From Seison nebaliae (Eukaryota), in NCBI GenBank assembly GCA_023231475.1, contig JALJEE010000266.1, positions 1 to 42,649 on the forward strand: a stretch of DNA of 42,649 nt. Direction: 5' to 3'. Under the pieces are notes generated by a model. The model did no database searches. It was not told the DNA's origin and worked only from the letters and a program-made list of their open reading frames with translations. Below, in pieces: positions 10,077 to 23,100 of this stretch. Positions within the stretch are counted from its first letter, which is position 1. Every line of letters starts with the position of its first letter. Made by a program: the position numbers and the translations under genes.

Positions 10077-12104
10077 ATGGAATTGTGGGATAATGATGTT
10101 GATGAAAATATTTATAAGTATCAGTTCCATACTTTGAATGATGATGTTAATCTAAACTCCAACTATTGGTCAAACGACGAATGTGATTCACTTGCTCTCC
10201 AATTATATCCTGATGAGAAATATTATTACCTATTCTTACCACTTGGGGACAATACACTCAACATGAGTGAACGGTTGACTCTTCTACAAATTTCTGAGAA
10301 CTTGGCACATAATACACCACGAATGAACTTGAAATGTATATGCGAAACGAAAATAGTCGTGAAAATAATTTGTCTCAGTCAGAAACATAAGGATGCCAAA
10401 GTGAAACTTATCAAATATGATGAGTCTGTCCCATCGTTAATTCCGTCAACAATGAAATTATCTTTCGATTTATTAGAGTCCATCGGATTTTCAATGCCAT
10501 ATCTCTGCAATTTTATTTCGAGCGAAAACGAAGAACTGAAGGAACCGATCGAAACAATCGATATTGATAAATTACTATCTCCGAATTTTATGAGTAATAT
10601 GGCGAAAGAAGAAGAATTGGGCAAATTTCCGTTAAATCCTCCACTCCCATCAAACTATTTTTCATTACCAACTTTGTTGGATCATTCGGACAAAGAAAAC
10701 GAAATTCCTATAGATGACACTAGTAACAAGTTTTGAAATACTTAAAAATATTTTATTCAAATTGTTTTAATAACTTTTTTATTTTGAAGTAGTCCGAAGA
10801 TCGTTCGGAATGAAAAAGGAAAGATTATTCTTCGGTGTCCAAATAAAGTTTTTTTTTAAATTTTATTTAAAACAAATCATAAATTGTTTAATTTAGTACT
10901 GCAATCGGACTTATGTAAGTCGATATGCATTCCAAAAACATCTATCAACACATGAAAACGAAGATTCCGATGTGCCAAAGAGAAGAAGAAAGAAAAAATC
11001 GAAACATTCCGATTGGAAGAAAACATTTAAAGTTTCAAAACTTCTTCCTCCTTTTTTAAAAAAGTTTTTCTCAATTTAGTGTTCTTTATGTAAACGATCA
11101 TTTCGTCATGCTCATCATCTTACTGCCCATGAAAAAATCCACCTGAAACAAGCTCTCCATAGTTGCAATGTATGCCACGCGGATTTTTCAAGGAAAATCC
11201 AACTGAATCGTCATATGAAGACACATGAAGTCGATAACAATGAAACTAAATCGTTTTATTTCTAAACTTTTAATCTTTTGTAACATTTCAATTTATGGTT
11301 TTTTAATTTTTTTACCAAATTAGTCATGGTAAGGAAAATAGTGATAAATTTCTGATGGAGGAACAATTCGATGTAAATGGAATCTTCAATGATAATTTCG
11401 AACCATTCAACATACCAAGTTTTGATGAAGAATTCATTGACGAATATGATAATGATCACTTGTTCATTTCAATTCCTAATACTGATTCGATTATCGATGA
11501 TTTTTATCCATCAACGATCAATGTTGATCTGGAAAATATTTTACCCAACAACGAAATGGATAAGTTTAATTTCATAAAATTACTTTTCTTTTCATTTAAT
11601 CAACATTTTATATTATATATTAGGAACTTTACAACAACGATTCCTCTACCGGATATTGAGAAGGAGAATAATTTGCAAATAAACACATCATTGAACGTAC
11701 TTCCGCAATGTACTTCAACTTCTGAATCTACTACTTCGATATTTTCCCCTAAAATCCTTCCTGAAAATAAAACGAAAGAAATTATTCGCAAAACGAATCA
11801 TCGAATCTTTCAACAATGTATTGAACAACCAAAAAATCATGAATTTCTTAACAAAATCAAACAATCTGGTCAAAAACAATCAACTGCCATTAATGAAAAT
11901 GAAACAAAATCCAGCAACCTTAATTTCAAAAGTGATGGGAATTGCAATGGTACTTCATCCGGTACATCTTCTAAAAGTGAAATTGTAGTTCAGAAAGACT
12001 CACTATCGCCATCAAACAGGAAGAAATATTCATATCCTCCAACTTATGAAGAGTACTACAAAGATCCTCAGATGATCGAAATTGAGAATTTCATTGAATT
12101 GTAG
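10077..12104 (+). CDS. C2H2 zinc-finger protein with three fingers; 6 exons (introns 10730-10789, 10848-10896, 11032-11079, 11253-11323, 11564-11623)
   Basis: Splicing reconstructs CPNKYCNRTYVSRYAFQKHLSTH, CSLCKRSFRHAHHLTAHEKIH and CNVCHADFSRKIQLNRHMKTH, plus a basic NLS (KRRRKKK). Intron 11253-11323 joins in frame to the acidic ORF at 11355. The 3' join is less certain, since an unspliced stop exists at 11263-11265. Confidence 0.8.
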
Positions 12105-12499
12105 ATAAAGTTCATGGAAGAAGTATAGTTTTCCAATATTTAAAAAACATTTCTAATTAATTCTTTCCGTCACATTCTTCTATGGGCACATAACGCACGT
12201 ACAATCGTCACATTTAACATAATTATTTTCATAATATTCTATTCATTCTTCCCATCATCAAATCCAATACTTGTTTTTTAATTTATCAATATTTCTCCGT
12301 CAATGTGAATTACAATTCGTTCAATTAATTCTTCAATATTCTTTTCAATTAATTATTATTTAAATCAGTAATTTGCTTATAAGTGACGTAGAAAAAAAAC
12401 GAATAACATATTTCATTTTTCCAAAGAAAATAAAACCGAACTCGTTACAACAGATCAATAAATTTTGACAATTAAACCGACCACATCTCCAATTGACGT

Positions 12500-13834
12500 T
12501 TACATTAAAGCGGTTGCGAATTCTGTTTGACCCGTATTTATAGAGAATGAGTATTCATAAGAAGGCTCGTGGAAGGGAATATTAGAATGTTCAAGAACAT
12601 TTTGGTTGGTAACTTTATCGGGTGCACTACTATCCTTGACTGAGTCTACATAAATGATAGAATCGTTCACTGTCCGTTCGGAACTTGTTTTTTCTTTTCT
12701 GATAAAACTGTCGTGTAACATCGACGTTCGACAGAGTGAAAGTTTAGATAATTTTGGTTCAAATTCTGATGAAATAATGGACATCTAATTCAATGAGAAT
12801 AAATTCATTAGAATTATTATGAAACTTTTCGTCTTTGTTGTATAGGAGGTTTATTCTTAACTATAACATATAAATAGATTTATTAAGAGAAGTGATTAGA
12901 AGAATTAGAACTGTGATGCTTCTCTTGACCATTGAGTGTAACGGGGACGGACGGAAATTGCGACCTAACAAGTATTAAAATAAACGACGTGAAATTGGAA
13001 GGAAAAAGACGAAAATTATTCAATTAATTTGATTTTATAAGATGAAAATCATTGTAAATCAAACGATTCTTTCAATTTGGGAATGTTGTCGATAGCCATT
13101 GTCAGTACATCAGTCGTCTTAGTTGAACATCCTAGCAATATTGGTTTCGTTGTCGATGATTGTTCAATTGTTGTTTTTGATTGTAGATTCATTATCTGTT
13201 TATTTTGAGTTCGTAATAAAGTTGATGAGCCATTTTCATTTTGAAACGATTCTTTAAATTTTGACTCATTATGATTCTGATTTTGTTGACCATTCTGGTT
13301 CGGATCGAAATAACGTTGTTGTTGTTTTAGTTTATTTATTTGAGAAATATTATTTTGAGTATTCGATTTCTTCATAATATTACTGATGAATAAGTTTGGT
13401 TGAGCGATTGGTTGGGCGAGTTCATCGTTGACTTTCGGATAATAGTCTAACATTCGAACTCGATTCGAATTATTAAATGTCATGTTCGGTATAGCTGAAT
13501 CGAAATTGATAGTTTTATAATTTTGTTGAGATTTATGTAAGTTTGGACAGTTAGATATCAGTTTATTAATTATTCCATTTTCAGAAAAATTGATGGACAT
13601 TTTATTCGCGTTGGTTGCCGTTCCCTCATTTTTTTCTACACACATTTCATTCGATTTGTTCATGGGAAGAAATTCTTTTTCTCGGTTTAAAACGAATTCG
13701 AGTTCCCCATCTCTCACGGATGAATTTGTCTTATGTTTGGGAAATATTAATGTAATATCTTTATCAGTAACATCAGGCTTCTCACCCAACTGGTCCAAAC
13801 GACGATTTAAGGACTTGAATTGAAAATTACTCAT
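12500..13834 (-). CDS. Uncharacterised N/Q/S-rich, probably disordered protein; 4 exons (introns 12965-13064, 12861-12911, 12785-12825)
   Basis: The 261-aa and 94-aa ORFs are joined in frame through two small exons by three phase-compatible GT-AG introns. No domain recognised. Confidence 0.65.
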
Positions 13835-14349
13835 ATTATGTCGAATAACGAAAATTGATCAATTGAAATAAAAAGCAAACGAAAAGTAAAAGAAGAATTT
13901 CTTCTTTTTGTAAACTTCAAATGGTATAAAGAAATTTTTCGCTGTCCGCTCTATTATTCCTTTCTTAATCTGAATTTATTACTTCTCTATTCTGTAACAC
14001 TTATACTGACTTGTTAATCAACATCTTCTGTTTTTTATTGTGTTAAATATTAAAAAAAACTATAATTAAATAGTGTACAAAAAAGAATTGTTAAATTGTT
14101 CAGATTAAATGATTATTAAATGAAATTGAAAGTGTCATTATTGTTGGTAAGGAATGATTAATTGGATGTATCCTCACAAATAGAAATTGAAGTGTAATTA
14201 AATTTCGATTAAATAATTAATCAATTTGATATCCAAAACAAATGTTGACCTTATTAATTGGTAATTTCATTAAATGATTACTCGTAAAAACTTATTCCAC
14301 TTCTAACAGCATCTTCGATACATCTGAACATATTCTCCAATCATTCAAA

Positions 14350-14884
14350 ATGAAAACTTTGAAAAATTTCTGCGAATTATTCGTAACAATTTTCTTAATA
14401 TTCATCTTCACGTCGGAAGCCGAAGGTTTAGGATGTTATAAAAATTTACCATCTTCCTTTTTCCATCTACTTCTAATATTTTCCTTTATTTTAAGTTGGA
14501 ATGTCGTTAAGTAACTCTGGGGATGATCATGAATATGGTACATATGGAATATCCTCTCCTTTCGGTGGAATAGGAATTAATACGGAAAAATCGGGTTTAA
14601 ATAATATGTTTCATCAATCATCCTTAATATCATGTCAAATCTCCTAATACTTTATAGACTCCAAATATTCGAACAATAACTTTTTTGACACTTTTCGTAG
14701 TTCGATTTTTGACGACTACGCACCCCCAACTCAAATACGTGCGACAAAATCAATGTTAAATATCAATCATCAATTAAACAAATTAAGTCAAAAAAGACAA
14801 GTAGCAAATGCATTTACCCAACAAGAGTTTGGAGATTTGGTCAATGAGTATTCAGCGTCAAAAATGTTGGGCATTCCATTTTAA
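14350..14884 (+). CDS. Small secreted orphan protein, candidate peptide precursor; 3 exons (introns 14426-14495, 14595-14657)
   Basis: The spliced product MKTLKNFCELFVTIFLIFIFTSEAEVGMSLS...LNKLSQKRQVANAFTQQEFGDLVNEYSASKMLGIPF has a signal peptide and phase-compatible introns with CTAAT branch-like motifs. It is not in the ORF track. Confidence 0.7.
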
Positions 14885-14966
14885 ACAAAATAATAAATGA
14901 TTTATTTACTTAAAAAAAATATATTCTGAAAAAAATCAATTTTTTTTGGAATAAAATATTTGTGAA

Positions 14967-15399
14967 TTATATTTCATTATTGTTTGATTTCTCTGAATCT
15001 TTCACTATATTATAAATTGACTGGCTTGTCGACAAGTGAGGATCAACACCAATATTCTCTCGAACAGTATTAACTAAAAAAAGTTTTATATCTTATTTCT
15101 CAAAACAGAATATAACGTAAATCATTATGAATATTCTCCATCAATTCATTAATCTCCTTCTTTCTATTCTCCATCTCCTTAATATTCTCTTCTTCGATTT
15201 TCCTTATATCCTTGTTGAAATTATCGATTTCAGAGTTGGACAATTCAATCGCTGACTTATCTTGAAAATGTGGTAGATGCATATCAATTTCATATATCGT
15301 ACGGTTTATACTATCGATACCATCTTGCATCTGTCTGTAAATCCTAAGTCTCTCACTGTCGTACTCTTGCATTATCTCTTCAACCTTCTCGTCCGACAT
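14967..15399 (-). CDS. Small acidic coiled-coil protein of unknown function; 2 exons (intron 15074-15116)
   Basis: 99-aa E/K/I-rich heptad-like ORF. A 43-bp intron extends it in frame to ...LNTVRENIGVDPHLSTSQSIYNIVKDSEKSNNNEI. Confidence 0.65.
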
Positions 15400-16971
15400 T
15401 TTAATTCTTCTTCACCAAAATACACACGAATTTGATAATGTCAAAATTCCCACGAAAATGAACTGGAAAATTATGTTAAGCTGATATTTGAAAATAGGGG
15501 AAATAGTAAAAATGAAGTCCGCTAAAAACAGAAAGTCTTATTCTAAAATTTCGGCTTTTACATTTATGAACAACTAATAAATAATTTTTTTCATGTTTTT
15601 GATTGTGCATATGGGAATTAATAATCCATAAAAGTAGATGGATTTACAAGGAAAAAATCCGAAGATACTTCAACTATGACGAGACTAATAAGCCACCACC
15701 TAAAATTATTAGGTAGTGTAAAAGTTATTATTATTTATTAATCACAGTGAGTGATAGAAAATTCCCATGAGGGATAAAATTAACGGAAGTAAAAGAAATT
15801 AAAATATAAGTGAGAAGATAAAGGATACGAATAGTCAAGACATCACTCTAACAGACAATCTAATAATCGTATAGAGTGTTGCCGTTTAAGAATTCCGTTC
15901 GAGCATAATCCTGGCATCGAAGAGATGAGGACGAAAATTTGATAGATGAAAATTAGATGGAGAAAAGTTAACAACCAAATTTTTGAACTCACAGAAGATT
16001 TTGTGTCAGATTTGTCAATTTTGTCAGAGGAAGTTGGTGAGAACCGTAGATCATAATAATGTCGAACATGTCCTAGAATCGACTGATCAGTTTCGAGCAT
16101 CTCTACGATTAACGAACCCATTCGTTGAAACGACGGATTCGTCGAAGCTCCATCCAAGATTCTTAAGATCTTCCGTGCAAATATGATCGGAAAAGGAACC
16201 AGATCAGTGAGGGAAAAGAGAAAAGTTCTATTGCAACGACGAAAACAACCGACCAGACGGCCCCGGAGAAGGATCTGTCCATCGCTAAGAAAGAGCTCGA
16301 AGAAGCCACGAAGATGGAATCCAATCCGAGTTATAGTAACGTTTTGTTATTTGAATGTAAACTAGTTCAGAAAATTTTGTCTAGGGGAAACAAAAAGTAA
16401 GAAGAACAAAAATAAGTTTGGTTGTAACAAAGAATATTCGAAAAAGTTCGAATCGATCGATGCGAGATTGTGTGTCCCATAGTAACAAGTCGAAATGTCG
16501 GACGAGGAGTTCATAATTTATACCGATACCTTATAAGTGACCCATAATTACTTATATTCTCAAGTTAAATCCTTCTATTTATAATCACATTTCAACTTCA
16601 GAAGATAAGTTCAACTAGACAAAATAAATTCAAAATATCAACCGGTTGGAAATATTCTTTCAAAGAAATTTATGGAATAGTTAGCAGAAGAATTATAAAA
16701 ATAAGAAAAAAACGGTTGGGAGAAGGTATTGTTAGACATCCTTTGTTAAAAGTTAAACATCTTCTATGTACATGGTCGATATCGTTTTCTTCCAATTTCA
16801 ATGTAAATTTTTCAATAATGTGCAGTATTATTCGAGTGTTTGATGGTTGAATAATCTTGTTGTGTTAAGTAAGAATAATTCAAACTATAAACAACAATAA
16901 ACCAACATCGATTTTATTATATTAAGAATAAAAATCATTCACAACCTTTCGAAAACGATTTCATTCCAATT

Positions 16972-17655
16972 ATGTTAGGATACCTTCCACTATTTTTCTG
17001 GATCACCGGAATATTGAACTGTGTTATAAGTGAAATGGTTTTGGAAGCCCCTGGGCCTTTCTTCATGATTACGATACAGACACATAAAACTGAACCTTAT
17101 AAATCGTTCGAGTTGAATGGTAAGATATTGATCAACTTCGACGTAGACACAGATTCTATAATAGAACGTAGACGATTATGTAAAAATGAAGGGATGGAGA
17201 TGTTGTCAATTCCAAGTTTAGATGTTTTGAACTTTTTAAACAGTAGTCACGTAGCTCAAGATCGAGAAGATTTGGCTTTGGATTTCCAATATATAAATAC
17301 TACAAACTCAATTATACCTAATTCATATCAGTGGCCTTTTAACGATGGTTGTCCTCTTCTGTCTGAGGAAAGTAGCAATTCAATTACAAATGAAACTTCG
17401 TTAGCATTATCGTATAGCTCATTAAATGCACCGAAAATAATATACACTCGAAATACATTGCTTAAAACTGCATGTGCGAAATTCTACAGAAAAACAACCA
17501 GTTTCCATTTCTCTTGCAATACAGTAACCAAAACAGAAATTAAATCTTTTTTAATGAAGTTCAATGATTGGTTTCCAGCTCTGACGTACAAACCTTATTC
17601 CTGTTACGCATACTCACAGTCAATATTTGGTGATAATTGTTCTCTTTCTAAATGA
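16972..17655 (+). CDS. Secreted protein with a divergent C-type-lectin-like domain
   Basis: N-terminal signal peptide. RRRLCKNEGMEMLSIPSLDVLNFL resembles the CTLD helix1-C..G..L.SI-helix2 motif, and several further Cys follow. No EPN/QPD/WND sugar-binding motif is visible. Confidence 0.55.
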   Translation: MLGYLPLFFWITGILNCVISEMVLEAPGPFFMITIQTHKTEPYKSFELNGKILINFDVDTDSIIERRRLCKNEGMEMLSIPSLDVLNFLNSSHVAQDREDLALDFQYINTTNSIIPNSYQWPFNDGCPLLSEESSNSITNETSLALSYSSLNAPKIIYTRNTLLKTACAKFYRKTTSFHFSCNTVTKTEIKSFLMKFNDWFPALTYKPYSCYAYSQSIFGDNCSLSK

Positions 17656-18274
17656 ATTGAATAGTTTATGGATAAATTTAAATGTTTCCAAATAATTTAT
17701 TTTCAAATAAATAATTTTAGTCTTTTCTTTAGTCACAATAAGTCCCATACTTTATTTTAATATACTAACATAATAGCATATTCTCAACTAATAGAATCAT
17801 CACTAGAACCAATTAACAATTTATTGAAGAAAAGTAGAAGTCGAACCTGTACGTAGAAAATAATGTAATTATTCCCAACCAACTAACGGTGTAAATACAT
17901 AAATTGTTTTGCACTATTTTCCGCCTTTTCTGGACCGGAAGTTCAATAATAAAAAATGGTAATAAAAAATAATTGTTATAATTGTAAATATCTCATATCA
18001 ATCTCAAATTGAATAGTATTTCGCACTTTTAATTAAAATTATTTAATTTATCTTATTAATTAATTTAGGTCGAATGAATTTGACTGCGGAATAAACAATA
18101 TAGATTAGTTTCAGAATAATGACTTTTAACGGCAATAAAAGCTTAAAATGAAGGAATTGTTTTGAATTCAAACATAATGGAATTCCTCAAAAATTTTTTA
18201 ATTTAAGCTTAATTAGATTATTAATTGGTTTTGATTAATAATAAACATGAGATATTTACAACAAATTTGAGAAA

Positions 18275-20107
18275 ATGGTGAGAGAATTAAAGAAAACATT
18301 AATAAGTTATGGAACACATGAGAATATATATATTGATCTCAATGAATTCAAATCAAGTGATGAAAGTGGAGAATATGTCATTATAGGACATGCATCTCAT
18401 TATGGGGATAAATATCCTAATTTGGATTTTATAATTGTCGATTGTTATCGATTGATCAAGTTGAATGGATTTAAGTTATTCGAAATTTATGAGACGTTAA
18501 TTGGAGATTTGGATATAATTGGATTGTGTATCATAGGAGATGGCGATCGAGCGATGACTAACATTTGTGAAGAGAAGATAGATGACAATGAATTCTTTTC
18601 AAACACGATCGATTGTTTGAATCGGATGGAATCGTTAAAAAGTCAAAAATATGAGAAATTATTTCAGAATTTGAATGAAACGAATTTGACACTGAAGAAA
18701 AGTTATATGAAATTAGTCGTTTTTAAAAATTTAAAGAATGAAACATGTTCTTCCGCTGCTATTGACGTTCGTCGACGAATATTACCGAGAGAATTAGATG
18801 ATGATTTTCCCGAAATGGAGAGTAGGTCAGAAATATCGGAGAATTTTAGTAGTTTCTCTAATCAATATGGAAATAAACCATCACCGTCTACATCGACAAT
18901 GTCAGATATTGGAGCAGGAGAAGATCGTGGTATTCGACCGAATATTTTACAAACACATTCATTAACTGATTTGGGAAGTGGTAAAAGTGACAGAAGTAGT
19001 TCGAAGAATGATGAAGATATTTCGACGAGATCTTTCTATCACAATTGGCTGGAAATTCAATTCATTGAAGATAATGAAAGTTTCCGAATGAAATGTTTGT
19101 TCGGAACGATTTCATTTCCATTAAATCAATTTCCAATTTATTCTCGTGAATTACTCGTTAAAAATCGTAGTGATATCACGTACCATCGAATAACTCAACA
19201 AATTGTCAATAATATTTCTTCGCTTTTATTCTCTTATCGATCATTTTTTTCAAAAGAATTCGAGAATTGTTGGATGAAATTGAATAATAAAATTCAATCA
19301 TTCGAATTCCATTTACCGTTCGATTTCGATATTCTTCCCATTTATAAAGAGGAAATCATATTGAATGAACCACTTCGATCATTCGCAGGATTTATGTCAC
19401 CAATTCAAATGAAAGATGTGGATACGAGTCGAATGATAAATTTAACGGGAAATGAAGGAAATGTATTACGTCTACAAATGAAAATTCTAGCGATGTCGCC
19501 GTTGAAAGAGAGGCATGTCAAACAGATATTCTCTATAGACGTCATCAAAGCATTGACAAGAATGGAAGAATGTTATTCGGAATATATTCTCAACACAACT
19601 TTACATCCATTCCTTCAGAAAATATTTTCGAATTTAACTGAATTGGAAAATGACCATATTCTTCTACCAAATTTACCATGTCGTCTGTTTGTGGGAAAGA
19701 ATTTCGTGAATAAAGATGAAAACATTTTTTCTGATTATTCACCTATTCCTTTATTGAGATCATTCGATGAGATGCATGATTATTGTTGCGAATATCTTCA
19801 ATCGCTCATCATTTATGACCAATCGAAAACAGGACAACAATTGAAAGTAGAAGATGGTGTTGACCGTCCATCCATTTATGCCTCACAATATCGAGAAGAG
19901 TTATCATTAAATGATATCAATCGATATAAGCAATACATTGAAATTCAATCGAAGAAATATCGATGGCGATCAAACGAAAAAGTAACGAAATATTCGAAGT
20001 TAATCAAACGTTTGGAAGAGCAACTGGTCAACAACAATTCTCAATTTTTCCTTTATTTTTCCATTTTTATCATCTTACTTTCATTCTTCCTCAATTATTT
20101 TCTCTAA
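18275..20107 (+). CDS. ODR4: ODR-4-like ER tail-anchored protein (GPCR maturation factor)
   Basis: Intronless 610-aa ORF with a C-terminal TM helix. The motifs VIIGH..., LIGDLDIIGLCII (cf. LPGG..VLG.F), DVIKALTRME, LPCRLFV (cf. LP.RVFV) and FSDY (cf. CDY) occur in ODR-4 order. Recognised from memory; divergent. Confidence 0.65.
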   Translation: MVRELKKTLISYGTHENIYIDLNEFKSSDESGEYVIIGHASHYGDKYPNLDFIIVDCYRLIKLNGFKLFEIYETLIGDLDIIGLCIIGDGDRAMTNICEEKIDDNEFFSNTIDCLNRMESLKSQKYEKLFQNLNETNLTLKKSYMKLVVFKNLKNETCSSAAIDVRRRILPRELDDDFPEMESRSEISENFSSFSNQYGNKPSPSTSTMSDIGAGEDRGIRPNILQTHSLTDLGSGKSDRSSSKNDEDISTRSFYHNWLEIQFIEDNESFRMKCLFGTISFPLNQFPIYSRELLVKNRSDITYHRITQQIVNNISSLLFSYRSFFSKEFENCWMKLNNKIQSFEFHLPFDFDILPIYKEEIILNEPLRSFAGFMSPIQMKDVDTSRMINLTGNEGNVLRLQMKILAMSPLKERHVKQIFSIDVIKALTRMEECYSEYILNTTLHPFLQKIFSNLTELENDHILLPNLPCRLFVGKNFVNKDENIFSDYSPIPLLRSFDEMHDYCCEYLQSLIIYDQSKTGQQLKVEDGVDRPSIYASQYREELSLNDINRYKQYIEIQSKKYRWRSNEKVTKYSKLIKRLEEQLVNNNSQFFLYFSIFIILLSFFLNYFL

Positions 20108-23100
20108 TGGATATAATAATTATTAGTTTATTCATATTCTTTTTTAACATATTCTGAAATAGTCTAAAATTCATTTTATTATTCTTCTTTTATGTGAATA
20201 ATACTAGACAGTTCCGATTGACGATCAATGACAGTTAAAAGTACCATGACCGGAAGAGTTTAGAAAAAAGTATAATTTTAAAAAATCACATCATATAACC
20301 ATTTCATTTGTGATTAATGTGCTATTAAAAGTTTATGCTTGAACACAGAAAATTCCACGCAGAAGTTGTTGTCAATAAAATTGTCGATTCCACTTTCAAT
20401 TCAATTTTCATTTATTTAATAGAACTAATAAAATTCCATTAATCACCAAACTAATCACTGTAAGTATGGAATGGATATTATGTACTTCTCTCATTGTACT
20501 TGAAAATTTAAATTTATGGACTTTATCGACGACACTAAAATAAGTTACTTCAACAACTCATATTGACATCGATTTATGGGCAGAAGGATAGTGAAATATG
20601 AAAAAGTTTTTGGAGGGAAGTTAATATTAATTAAATGAGATTTTCCAACTTATTTAAAAACATTTTAAATGTACCAACTAAAATTCAGTTTTTTCACATG
20701 ACCATATGAATGTAGCGAAGAACCGTCAAACAAAGAACGCAGAGAAACATTTCCTTATGAAGTCTATGTTAGTTCGTTCAAACAGTAACTTCGTTAAAAA
20801 GAAGTCAGAGATATAATCGATAAAAGAAACTGTTTATTAATTGACGAATTAGGTTAGTAAAAATATAATTAAAAAGTAGAATGTTCATACATGCATCTTC
20901 CAGGAAAGCTGAATGAAAACTATTTGATTTGATGAAGTGGAAAAAATATTTTTTGTACAAAATCTTAATTTATTCATAATAATACTGATAATTGTACTAA
21001 TAGTGTGGTGGAATGAATATATACTACAACGTTATGTCACATAAATTAAAAGGAATTGTAGTTTGATTCAATATGTATAATGGGAATTCTAAAATATTTC
21101 TCCGTTCTCTATGCAGTAAGTACGACAAAAAATGAGTTTGTACCAAACAGAACAGAAAGTAAAAGAGGAATATATATATAATAATTAGTTCACATACTTC
21201 ATAATATCTGTATAAGATGCAATTAATTATTGAATGAAAGTACAATATTTCTCCAAAAATTTAAAAGAAAAAAATATGTCAAATATCTGATGATGTAAAG
21301 GAGTATAATGTTATTAACATTAACTATGTCTGTTTCATATTTTTAAATATTCATTTTCTTTCATCCCTTCTTCTTATTTTTTCTCTTGGTGCTCATATGT
21401 CTCATTCACTTCGTCTATTTTATAGAAGTCATTTATAATGTTAAAATTCTGATTATCGAATAATAACTGAACTTAAATCGAAATTAATAAGTTGTATGGA
21501 GACCATAAGAATAATCATCATCGATTTCATCTCATATTATTTCCAATATAGTTTATCGTTAAACAATTTTATCTTATCTTTCTTAGAGGTTGTAAAGCTT
21601 AAATTAAAAATATGGAAATTTTACGGAAAAAATTAAATTCATCGAAATCGAACTAATCGTTATTTGTAGAGATGATTTTTAACAAATTTAAATTTTTATT
21701 ATAATCATGAACAATGACGTTATCTATGTATGGGGGAGAGAATGATCTCATTATGATTTCCCACACCAAGAGATAGACGATCATTTAAATAAATTTCAAA
21801 TTTTTTCTCAGTTAATGATTTCTTACCGGACTCATCCATCTCGAGAGATGTCCGAATTCTGACGTGTAATTTTGGTTAAATATTTCTCATTTATTTGTGA
21901 ACCGTTTGTGATCTTCTATCCAATCTTCAGGAATGTGAGGTAAGTAGTGTGTGAAAGAGAGAGAAGGAGAGTGGAGAGAGAGAGAGAGATTACCGATCAA
22001 ATCCATCTGAAAGATTTCATTGATAATTTCCCTCATTTCATTCTCACAATTCTCAATGAATTTCATTTATTAAAAATTTTACTATTTATTCTTCGTTATA
22101 TCCTAAAATCCGAGTATTTAAAGAGATTTTCTTTTAACCGAATTCTGCTAAAACTCGAAGCGGGAGAGTTTTAAGAGAATTGTTAGAGAACTTTCATATT
22201 GATCACCTTCCGTCCCATCCAAATTTGATTCAAGTAGCGCAGTTTCCATTTATATAAATATAAACGTCTTTGCTAATTCTTCACTGGTTGGAAGTTCCTT
22301 ATCATCATTCGCCTTTATTATTTATGTTTTGTTTCTTCTCCCTAAATTTCCTTCCAGTTTATTCACATTAATGTGTGGAATGATGATGGGGAGGAAAAGT
22401 CAGAACCGTTTATACAGAAAAATAGTTTTATAAATTCCCTTTTTTCTTCATCATTATCATTATCACCATCTGAATCATCTTCTTCGTCAGTCCACTACTA
22501 CTTATGTTCTCTTCGTCTAATCATTTATAATAATGATAATAATAAACATGAGTAGGAGGTGATATTAGACGAATGAAAAGAAACAATTAAAAAAAATTCT
22601 TTAATAATTTTCCTTTTTCACTTTTTATAGTTTTGGACTCTGATACTGTGATAATCTTGTAAACACTTTATTCTATTTTCCGATCTATTCTAAATATGTG
22701 AATTCCGATCATTCTCCCATCACATTTCTACCTTTTTTTACTAAAGGTATTGTCATGAGGACAAGGAATGATTTACCACATGATCTTTTCGGTCAAACAT
22801 TACATTTCTCAAGATATGATGTAACTGTTATATGTCACTTATTTTTTTTCGAAAATCCTTCAAAGAAAAAAGTCCATTTTCTTTCTCCTACCATCTAATT
22901 CGACGAGTGTTTATTTTGTGTGTTTTTGGAAGAATGGTTCTTCTTCTAATTGTCCAACGATAAAGATTTATTAGTATTGACAATTCGTACGATGACAACC
23001 TTTCTTGAATTTTGGACAAATGGAAAAATCTTCATCAAATTCGTAAGAATTCTAATTTTCTTCATTTTACCTGAAATTTTCTTCATTATGTTTTGTCGTG

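Noticed and set aside
12150..12499. Additional coding exons after the 12500 stop (intron-like GTTCGG...ATAAG near 12441-12378)
   Set aside because: No in-frame continuation found. At most this is a 3'UTR intron.
16183..16365. Arg-rich ORF as a protamine-like gene
   Set aside because: An overlapping frame looks more protein-like and the region appears decayed, so there is no independent support.
21721..21779. Imperfect hairpin as a pre-miRNA
   Set aside because: Too many bulges, and it resembles no miRNA family I recognise.
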